64,000 nt of DNA from Flavobacteriales bacterium (lineage in GTDB: Bacteria > Bacteroidota > Bacteroidia > Flavobacteriales > Flavobacteriaceae), in contig JBBQAM010000001.1 in assembly GCA_038316335.1 (NCBI GenBank), positions 82,247-146,246 of the forward strand. The letters run 5' to 3'. Below the pieces are notes generated by a model. That model did no database searches, was not told the origin of the DNA, and was given only the letters and a program-made list of their open reading frames with translations. The stretch's first letter is position 1. Every line of letters starts with the position of its first letter. The position numbers were made by a program, and so were the translations under genes. Shown one piece after another: positions 50,007 through 56,828 of this stretch.

Positions 50007-50846
50007 TTATTGATGTTGTACGATCATAAATGGTATGGTAACATGGAAGCCTAATTTCTGAATGACCGGCTCTAAAAACAAGCGCTCTAAAAAAGTGTGT
50101 TTATGCTGCACCATCACCAATAGATTTATTCGATCCTTCACAAGGAAACCATCGATAGCTTCGATAATTTCCTGATCCGGCAGCATCTGTAATGAATGAG
50201 AAGTCATGTCGAGCATCCGTTCTAATTTTTTCTTATTCTTTTCTTGTTGTTCACTTAATTTATAACCCGATGAAACATGCAGGATTTCGATATGTGATAA
50301 GTGGCTCTTGGCAATGGTGATTAATTCGTTAAAAGATGCTGTCCTGTAGTCAATTTCATAGTCAGTCGGGAAAAGTATTCTTTTGGGGTTTTCATATTTA
50401 AAAGTCGCAGGTACCGCTATGACCGGACAATTCACCTTTTTAATGACATGAACGGTATTGGTGCCCATCAGGATTTCTTTTGCCCCGGTTGCCCCATGTG
50501 TTCCCATAATTACGATATCCGCTTTTTCGTTTATTAAGGTGTTTGAAATTTCATCGACCAACATATTGAAAGCCGCATGCAGCAAAAAGGTATGCTTCGG
50601 ATTTTTGAACTGCTTTTTTATTTTAGCCTTTAGTTTTTGCAATTTTGAAAGACTGTCCTCCCGGTATATATCTCCAAGACCGATTTGACCGGGGCTGTGT
50701 AGTACATATTCGGCCTTATAAATGGCAGGGGTAAAGGTATGCAGCAGGTAAAATGTTGAAGTCTCCTTCTTGTATAGTTCTAAGGCATACACAATAGCGT
50801 TATAGGCGTTTTCGGAAAAATCGGTAGGAAGTATTATTCTTTTCAT
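50007..50846 (-). CDS. Universal stress protein, tandem-domain type (paralogue 3)
   Basis: 279 aa. IILPTDFSENAYNAIVYA and VIMGTHGATGAKEILMGTNT. Its stop is 11 nt upstream of the start of paralogue 2. Confidence 0.88.
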   Translation of the reverse strand: MKRIILPTDFSENAYNAIVYALELYKKETSTFYLLHTFTPAIYKAEYVLHSPGQIGLGDIYREDSLSKLQKLKAKIKKQFKNPKHTFLLHAAFNMLVDEISNTLINEKADIVIMGTHGATGAKEILMGTNTVHVIKKVNCPVIAVPATFKYENPKRILFPTDYEIDYRTASFNELITIAKSHLSHIEILHVSSGYKLSEQQEKNKKKLERMLDMTSHSLQMLPDQEIIEAIDGFLVKDRINLLVMVQHKHTFLERLFLEPVIQKLGFHVTIPFMIVQHQ

Positions 50847-50913
50847 CGCAAAAAACAGTTAGTTTATAAGACGGTCTTATTAGGAAGGTGGCATTATTAT
50901 AGTTTGGAAAGTG

Positions 50914-51759
50914 TCATCTTGCTACATTTTGTAATACTAAAAATGGGATCTTGATATGAAGGCCGATCTTGTCAATGGTCGATTTGTAAAGCATATCCTC
51001 CATATAGGAGTGCCTAGAATTAACGATAATGAGCATATCGATTTGGTTGTGTAAAATATACTTCGTTATCGCAATCGTCTTATCTTTTTCCTCTGAGGTC
51101 TCAAAACGCAATTTTTGTTTTTGCAGACATTCCTCCAAAAAGTATTTATTATCTTCTTGACGATGTGAGAGGTGTTCGAGGGGATCAATGTACAATAAAT
51201 GTATATTCGATCGAAAAGAACCGGTCAATTCACCCAATAATTTTAGTTCCCGTCGATTATATGGTACCATATAATTGGTAGGGAAGAGGATTTCCCGTGG
51301 GGCATTATATTCATAATTCTCCGGAATTGCTAGAACAGGGCAATGAACATATTTTAGCACTTGTAAGGTATTGCTGCCAAACGTAATTTTTCGGTCATTG
51401 GTGCTACCTCGAGTTCCCATGACCACAACATCGACATTCCTTTCATTGACTAAATCGTTTAATTCATCGATTAATAGGCCAAAGGCTGGAATGATTTCAA
51501 ATGTATGATGGGGATTTGGTGAATAGGACACGATTTCCGAATGTAACCTTAAAAGATTCTCTTCAGATTTTTTAAAAGTGGCTTCCTTAAGTAATTCGTG
51601 CTTATTTCGCTGCAGAGAGGTATCCTGCTGATATACTTCATCAGCATAAGCGTGCAGAATGGTAAATTGGCTTTTCTCATACTTAAATACCTGACATGCA
51701 TATTTTAGTGCATTAAAGGCATTCTCGGAAAAATCGGTGGGCACCAAAATCTTGCGCAT
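50914..51759 (-). CDS. Universal stress protein, tandem-domain type (paralogue 4)
   Basis: 281 aa. ILVPTDFSENAFNALKYA and VVMGTRGSTNDRKITFGSNT. Confidence 0.88.
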   Translation of the reverse strand: MRKILVPTDFSENAFNALKYACQVFKYEKSQFTILHAYADEVYQQDTSLQRNKHELLKEATFKKSEENLLRLHSEIVSYSPNPHHTFEIIPAFGLLIDELNDLVNERNVDVVVMGTRGSTNDRKITFGSNTLQVLKYVHCPVLAIPENYEYNAPREILFPTNYMVPYNRRELKLLGELTGSFRSNIHLLYIDPLEHLSHRQEDNKYFLEECLQKQKLRFETSEEKDKTIAITKYILHNQIDMLIIVNSRHSYMEDMLYKSTIDKIGLHIKIPFLVLQNVAR

Positions 51760-51784
51760 GTTTGTTACTATTTTTGAAATATTT

Positions 51785-51857
51785 CAAAATTACCGGCAAT
51801 GGACTTATAAAACCATGACATTCGTCAGTTGCATTCTTCAACCTTTTTATAAATTTG
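51785..51857. promoter_or_regulatory. Shared operator with two divergent -7 boxes (usp 50914-51759 on the minus strand, trxA on the plus strand)
   Basis: The palindrome ATGACATTCGTCAG lies at 51815-51828. On the minus strand TAATTTTG (51792-51785) follows after a 22-nt gap. On the plus strand TAAATTTG (51850-51857) follows after a 21-nt gap. Confidence 0.6.
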
Positions 51858-51876
51858 TACTGTAATTTATAGTCAG

Positions 51877-52176
51877 ATGAAAAGTAGTTTCCAAGAGATA
51901 ATTTCCTCCAAAAACCTTGTTCTAGTTGATTTTTCTGCAGAATGGTGTGGGCCCTGTAAAACATTGGGGCCTATTTTGATCCAAGTGAAGGACGAATTGA
52001 AGGATCGTCTGAAAATCGTAAAGATCGATGTAGACAAGAATCGTTCCTTATCCGAGAAATATGAAGTTAGGGGCGTGCCTACAATGGTCCTTTTCAAGGA
52101 GGGCAGACAAATTTGGAGGCAATCGGGCGTTGTACAAAAAAATGACATCGTCAACATCGTGAAATCCCATCTTTAA
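51877..52176 (+). CDS. trxA: Thioredoxin
   Basis: 99 aa with the WCGPC active site. Confidence 0.92.
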   Translation: MKSSFQEIISSKNLVLVDFSAEWCGPCKTLGPILIQVKDELKDRLKIVKIDVDKNRSLSEKYEVRGVPTMVLFKEGRQIWRQSGVVQKNDIVNIVKSHL

Positions 52177-52245
52177 GGGTTCATGATTCTAAGTTCGGGT
52201 TCGAAAGTATTGAGCTCAAGCTTGTAAGGGGCCAATTCGCCCAAT

Positions 52246-53094
52246 TCACTCATGCAATACTAGAAACGGAACCTTTGTATGGTAGCTTATTTTCTCAATG
52301 GTCGGTCGAAACAGGATGCGCTGAAAAAAATTGAGGTTCTTTGCGACCATAGCGATCATATCGATTTCCCTGCTCTCTGTGAAGCTTTGAACAGCCGCAT
52401 CGAGGTCATTACCTCCAATCGAATGAAAACTATGATCGATATCAATCAGATAGTCGTTTAAAAAATCCTTGTTTTTTTGTTGCTCATCAAGGAGCTCCGC
52501 TTTTTGAGTAGTGAGATGTAAAATGCGTACGGTCGCATTGTGAAGCAATGCCATGCTAATTAGGGTATTCAATAGGCGAATATCATAACTGATATGATAA
52601 TCGGTCGGAAAGGCTATTTCCTTGAGACCCAAATAAATCGCCTCACTGGGTATGGCCAAAAGCGGGCATTTAATTTTTGTAATCGTATCGCCGGTATTAC
52701 TACCGACTATTGCCTTTTTGAGACCGCCGGCACCTTTCGTTCCCATGATGATCATGTCGATCTTTTTTTCGGTTGATACCCTTTTTATGGTGTCTATAAA
52801 ATAATCGTGTACCGCAATAGTTTCAAAAGAGTGTTTTGTGTTGAAGGGGAGTTTTTCGATTTTTCCTAGCAACTTTTGAAGATTTTCCTTGCTTTCCTTT
52901 AAGAGGGACTCCCGATAAATTTCCGATGCCTCCCGGACGGCAGTACCGGGACCTGAATATGGGGAAATGGGGTCTACATGTAGTAGGTAAAATGTGCAAC
53001 TTGATTTTTTAAATAGTTCAAGGCCGTATTTTAGGGCATTCCAGGCATTTTCTGAAAAGTCTGTGGGAACGAGTATGCGTTGCATCTTGGTCAT
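52246..53094 (-). CDS. Universal stress protein, tandem-domain type (paralogue 5)
   Basis: 282 aa. ILVPTDFSENAWNALKYG and IIMGTKGAGGLKKAIVGSNT. Confidence 0.88.
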   Translation of the reverse strand: MTKMQRILVPTDFSENAWNALKYGLELFKKSSCTFYLLHVDPISPYSGPGTAVREASEIYRESLLKESKENLQKLLGKIEKLPFNTKHSFETIAVHDYFIDTIKRVSTEKKIDMIIMGTKGAGGLKKAIVGSNTGDTITKIKCPLLAIPSEAIYLGLKEIAFPTDYHISYDIRLLNTLISMALLHNATVRILHLTTQKAELLDEQQKNKDFLNDYLIDIDHSFHSIGGNDLDAAVQSFTESREIDMIAMVAKNLNFFQRILFRPTIEKISYHTKVPFLVLHE

Positions 53095-53110
53095 AATTTT
53101 GAATAATGCC

Positions 53111-53154
53111 CAATATTAAGCAACCTAATCGCAACATAAAATGATGATTGTCAT
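53111..53154 (-). promoter_or_regulatory. Candidate Crp/Fnr-type operator plus -7 box; promoter of usp 52246-53094
   Basis: The plus strand reads ATGATGATTGTCAT at 53141-53154. After a 22-nt gap the minus strand reads TAATATTG (53118-53111), one mismatch to TAnnTTTG. Confidence 0.55.
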
Positions 53155-53182
53155 AATTGAAAATAGACGGCATCGGAACGCT

Positions 53183-54238
53183 TTACTGAAAGATATGCTC
53201 GAGTTTGTCGCTGTCCAGTATTTTGATGTTCCTGTCCTTGATGTCGATAAGTCCTTCTTTTTTGAAGGCAGAGAGGGTGCGAATCAAAGTTTCAGTTGCC
53301 ATTCCGGCAACATTGGCCAAATCGCTTCGCAAAACGTGCAGGTTGCCTTCGGGATCTTTTTGAAGGCTTTGGGCAAATTTCAGCAGGGTACTAGCCGTTT
53401 TCTGGCGAACGGTGCCATAGGCCATCTGCAATAATTGCTCTTTTGCCTCTAAAAGATTTTCAGAAAATATTTTCATCAATTCCATGCTCAGTTGGTGGTT
53501 TTCTTGGAGAAGCAGACACAGTTTCTCGTTAGGAATTCCCACCAATTTAGTAAGTTCAATGGCCGAGGCAGATTCGCTATACGAAAGTCGTCGTGCGAAT
53601 GAGGAAAAACCAAAAAAGTCATCTGGTTTATAAATGCCGGTAATGAGTTCCTTGCCGGTTTCATCTAATTTGTGGGTTTTCACAAGGCCCTTAAGCACGA
53701 GATATACAGTAGTGGCATTCATGCCCTCCTGATAGATGTTCTCACCCGATTCATAGGTATATGACTTACCATTGTCATCAATGAAATTTTTCATTTCATC
53801 AATAGTATGCATGCTTTTTAGCGCATTATTTGTTTTCGTATTGAAATTGATATGGGGTACCTTATAAAGTTTGATTTTGGCCAAACGGCTCTTTATGGCC
53901 CCAATTAATTCGTGTTCGTCAAAAGGTTTGGTCAAATAATCATCTGCGCCTAGTTCCATACCTTTCCGAATGTCTTTATACTCGTTTTTCGCGGAAAGAA
54001 AAATAAAAGGAATATGTTGGGTATCTTGTGTTTGGGCAAGGGCTTCCAAGACGCCATAACCATCTAATTCGGGCATCAAAATATCACAAAGAATGATGTC
54101 GGGTCGATGCTGTTTGGCCGCTTCAATTCCTTTTTTGCCATCCGCGGAGGCAATAACCCTATAATTCGAAAGCTCTAATAACTCCTGGATATTCTCCCTT
54201 AAAATCGAGTCGTCCTCTATCAGCAATACGGTGCACAT
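53183..54238 (-). CDS. Hybrid response regulator: CheY-like receiver + cNMP-binding-like domain + Crp/Fnr-type HTH
   Basis: Receiver features: E8-D9-D10, D52 in IILCDILMPELDG, K104 in LTKPF. These are followed by a Crp-like beta-barrel (VYLVLKGLVKTHKLDETGKELITGIY) and the HTH SDLANVAGMATETLIRTLSAFKKEG. Confidence 0.88.
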   Translation of the reverse strand: MCTVLLIEDDSILRENIQELLELSNYRVIASADGKKGIEAAKQHRPDIILCDILMPELDGYGVLEALAQTQDTQHIPFIFLSAKNEYKDIRKGMELGADDYLTKPFDEHELIGAIKSRLAKIKLYKVPHINFNTKTNNALKSMHTIDEMKNFIDDNGKSYTYESGENIYQEGMNATTVYLVLKGLVKTHKLDETGKELITGIYKPDDFFGFSSFARRLSYSESASAIELTKLVGIPNEKLCLLLQENHQLSMELMKIFSENLLEAKEQLLQMAYGTVRQKTASTLLKFAQSLQKDPEGNLHVLRSDLANVAGMATETLIRTLSAFKKEGLIDIKDRNIKILDSDKLEHIFQ

Positions 54239-54479
54239 ATTCCATATTTTAAGTTATTGGGAAGTCAACACTTTCGTTGCATGCCAACAATGCTCAATTG
54301 GGTACATTGATTTCGAAAGAGAGACTCGCCTAATAGTACATTTTAAAAATTTACACTGCCTTTGAGGCTGTTGGAAATTATAGTAATTTAAGGATTTTAT
54401 TGCCTCTGTTTGACATTTTATGACACACTTAACATACCTCAGTCTTCTTACGACTTAATTTGGTCGAAAAGTCATGTAC

Positions 54480-54523
54480 ATGATAAAGGTCATTTTTCAA
54501 TTCACGCCCAGCCGATATTTTTG
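54480..54523 (+). promoter_or_regulatory. Candidate Crp/Fnr-type operator plus -7 box; promoter of cbpA-cbpM
   Basis: ATGATAAAGGTCAT at 54480-54493, a 22-nt gap, then a perfect TATTTTTG at 54516-54523. The cbpA ATG is at 54588. Confidence 0.6.
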
Positions 54524-54587
54524 AGCCCCAAGCCAGAATTTGAAGTTGGTCGAACCAAAACCTTTTAAGCAAGAGTACGATTAGAAA

Positions 54588-55481
54588 ATGGAATATATAG
54601 ATTATTATAAAATACTTGGCGTACCAAAAAATGCCACTGGGCAGGATATCAAAAAGGCCTATCGAAAAATGGCCCGCAAATATCATCCCGATATAAATCC
54701 CAATAACGCTGAGGCCGAACAAAAATTCAAGGAAATCAATGAGGCCAATGAAGTATTATCCGATCCTGAAAAGCGCAAAAAATATGACCAGTATGGCAAG
54801 GATTGGCAACATGCCGAGGAATTTGAAAAGGCACGTAGCCAACAAAGTTCGCGTAGGGCCTCAAATCAACAGTATTCCGGGGATTTCGGAGGGAATGATT
54901 TTTCCGATTTCTTCGAAACCATGTTCGGTGGTGCACGTGGTGGATATTCCGGGGGTAGTCAGGTGAAATTCCGGGGTCAGGATTTTAATGCGGAGCTTAA
55001 GTTACAACTACGCGATGTTTATACGTCCCATAAACAGACGTTGACCGTGAATGGCAAGAACATCCGGATTACGATACCAGCTGGCATCGAAAATGGCCAG
55101 ACCATTAAAATAAACGGACATGGTGGGCCAGGTCGTAACAATGGACCTAATGGGGACCTTTTTATAACCTTTTCGATCGAGAACACGACCCCGTTTAAGA
55201 GAGATGGCATCAATCTTTATAAAAATGTAGATCTTGATCTGTATACCGCGGTATTGGGTGGGGAACTAATGGTAGATACATTTGATGGTAAAGCCAAATT
55301 AAAAATCAATCCCGAAACGCAAAATGGTACCACCGTCAAATTGAAGGGAAAGGGCTTTCCAATCTATAAGCGGGAAGGTCAGTTTGGGGATCTTTTTATC
55401 ACCTATACCGTCAAAACGCCAACAAATTTATCCCCTAAGGAGATCGAACTTTTTAAGGAACTTGCCGCTATCAAAAAATAA
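54588..55481 (+). CDS. cbpA: DnaJ-class co-chaperone without zinc finger (CbpA-like curved-DNA-binding protein)
   Basis: J domain DYYKILGV...KYHPDINP, a G/F-rich linker, and two DnaJ C-terminal beta domains. No CxxCxGxG repeats. Confidence 0.85.
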   Translation: MEYIDYYKILGVPKNATGQDIKKAYRKMARKYHPDINPNNAEAEQKFKEINEANEVLSDPEKRKKYDQYGKDWQHAEEFEKARSQQSSRRASNQQYSGDFGGNDFSDFFETMFGGARGGYSGGSQVKFRGQDFNAELKLQLRDVYTSHKQTLTVNGKNIRITIPAGIENGQTIKINGHGGPGRNNGPNGDLFITFSIENTTPFKRDGINLYKNVDLDLYTAVLGGELMVDTFDGKAKLKINPETQNGTTVKLKGKGFPIYKREGQFGDLFITYTVKTPTNLSPKEIELFKELAAIKK

Positions 55482-55488
55482 TGGAATT

Positions 55489-55779
55489 ATGAAGCGTACC
55501 GATTTTATAGCCGTAACCGATTTTTGTGCCAGCCATAATATATCACATGCTTTTATCGTCGAACTTAAGGAATATGGTCTTGTCGAGGTCGTTGAGAGCG
55601 GAAGCCTATTGTATCTGCCGTTGGATGAACTTCCAAAAACAGAAAAAATAATTCGTATGTTTTCGGATCTGGATATTAACTTGGAGGGTATTGAGGTCAT
55701 TACGCGTCTTTTGACGCATCTTGAAGAACTTCGAAACGAAATGAGACACCTTCGGAATCGACTCGGTTTATATGAGTAG
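55489..55779 (+). CDS. cbpM: Chaperone modulator CbpM-like (MerR-type HTH) protein
   Basis: ATG at 55489, internal to ORF 55384-55779, gives a 96-aa protein MKRTDFIAVTDFCASHNISHAFIVELKEYGLV. It starts 8 nt after the cbpA stop. Confidence 0.7.
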   Translation: MKRTDFIAVTDFCASHNISHAFIVELKEYGLVEVVESGSLLYLPLDELPKTEKIIRMFSDLDINLEGIEVITRLLTHLEELRNEMRHLRNRLGLYE

Positions 55780-55959
55780 TTGCCACTACAAAAGCACTCC
55801 CAGAAACAATCTCTTTAGGTGTTGTCAGTTTTCTTTATGTTACGGAATATTGAATGCTTGTTTCGATCAAGGTGGCCCAAATCATTTCCCAGTGTATGAT
55901 GGAAGATTTCCGAAGCGTGTGCCAGCGAATAACCTCTGATCTTCCTGAAAATTTCCTTC

Positions 55960-56003
55960 ATGACTTAGGTCATTTCGAAGCCTATAATATTGCTTTACCT
56001 TTA
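55960..56003 (+). promoter_or_regulatory. Candidate Crp/Fnr-type operator plus -7 box; promoter of 56029-56241 (and probably 56307-56720)
   Basis: Perfect palindrome ATGACTTAGGTCAT at 55960-55973, a 22-nt gap, then TACCTTTA at 55996-56003. The ATG is at 56029. Confidence 0.6.
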
Positions 56004-56028
56004 GGGGACTAACCCAAAATCAATCCTA

Positions 56029-56241
56029 ATGAAGGTAGTTGCCAAAGTACAGGACCTAACGAAAGACCTTAGCAAAAATGTTATCAGTAGAAATCTTAGT
56101 CGCATTTTGGATATTCGCATTTTAGAGATCGATACCGAAAATAGTACCATTACTTTTCTATATGACAGTGGTCTGGCCTTTGAAAAGGCAAAGCGCGAGC
56201 TGTGGCGTATCGGATATCCCATTCTGCAATGTATTACCTAG
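56029..56241 (+). CDS. Small ferredoxin-fold (HMA-like) protein lacking the CxxC motif
   Basis: 70 aa. The beta-alpha-beta-beta-alpha-beta periodicity and the C-terminal ...AKRELWRIGYPI align with the HMA protein at 60619-60891 (...VKRQLKDLGYPS). The position of CGGC is occupied by TKDL. Confidence 0.45.
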   Translation: MKVVAKVQDLTKDLSKNVISRNLSRILDIRILEIDTENSTITFLYDSGLAFEKAKRELWRIGYPILQCIT

Positions 56242-56306
56242 GCGCCCAATAGGATATCAAGTACATTCAACCCGGAAAACAGTTTGGCCCTTTAATTGCT
56301 TATTCT

Positions 56307-56720
56307 ATGAAATCATCACAAAAAGTTGGGAACGCATTTTATCAAAATCTTGGTAAACTTTTCTATGCAGTTGCATCGGTTGATAAAAAAGTAGCTCCCA
56401 AAGAGATAGAAAAGCTCAAAGCCGATGTACGCAAATACTGGCTTCCAATTGATGCTGATGAGGACGAATTTGGCACTGATGCGGCACATCAAATTGAAAT
56501 CGTCTTCGATTGGCTACTGCATGAAGAGAAGGATAGTGCGCGATGTTTTGACGATTTTATGGAGTTTTATTTTGACCATCCCCATAAATTCAGTACTGAA
56601 ATTAAACAACTTACCTGGGAGACTGCCAATGGTATTGCCGCCTCTTTTGCGGGCAAGAATAAATCAGAAGTGATCGTACTCGCTAAATTAAAGAAAGCTT
56701 TAAAAAATACTGAGGTCTAA
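56307..56720 (+). CDS. TerB-like helical protein (tentative)
   Basis: 137 aa. FYQNLGKLFYAVASVDKKVAPKEIEKLKADV resembles the TerB/co-chaperone DjlA N-terminal fold pattern. No search was performed. Confidence 0.45.
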   Translation: MKSSQKVGNAFYQNLGKLFYAVASVDKKVAPKEIEKLKADVRKYWLPIDADEDEFGTDAAHQIEIVFDWLLHEEKDSARCFDDFMEFYFDHPHKFSTEIKQLTWETANGIAASFAGKNKSEVIVLAKLKKALKNTEV

Positions 56721-56764
56721 TTAGATACGGTCGATAAGTACCTAGACGGCCCATAGTCTCTTTT

Positions 56765-56808
56765 GTAACCATTGTTACGGGGCAAAGATTTCCTTCCCGC
56801 TACCTTTG
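56765..56808 (+). promoter_or_regulatory. GTAAC-N4-GTTAC operator plus -7 box; promoter of the TauE-family gene
   Basis: GTAACCATTGTTAC at 56765-56778, a 22-nt gap, then a perfect TACCTTTG at 56801-56808. The ATG is at 56829. Confidence 0.6.
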
Positions 56809-56828
56809 GGTCTTAATTTCATGACCGT

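Noticed and set aside
51772-51789. The 18-bp palindrome read as a bona fide FNR box driving usp4
   Set aside because: Its centre is only about 21 nt from the usp ATG, and it overlaps the predicted -7 box and TSS. It therefore cannot be a class II activator site for that gene. It is kept only as a secondary observation in the findings.
54429-54722. A 97-aa minus-strand ORF with a hydrophobic translation
   Set aside because: It overlaps the cbpA operator, -7 box and J-domain coding start on the opposite strand. The F/I/L-rich translation is what AT-rich non-coding or antisense sequence produces.
55896-56012. A 38-aa plus-strand ORF (MMEDFRSVCQRITSDLPENFLHDLGHFEAYNIALPLGD) in the cbpM/56029 intergenic region
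   Set aside because: It spans the perfect operator ATGACTTAGGTCAT and the -7 box of the downstream gene. The promoter reading explains the sequence better, and no family resemblance could be supported.
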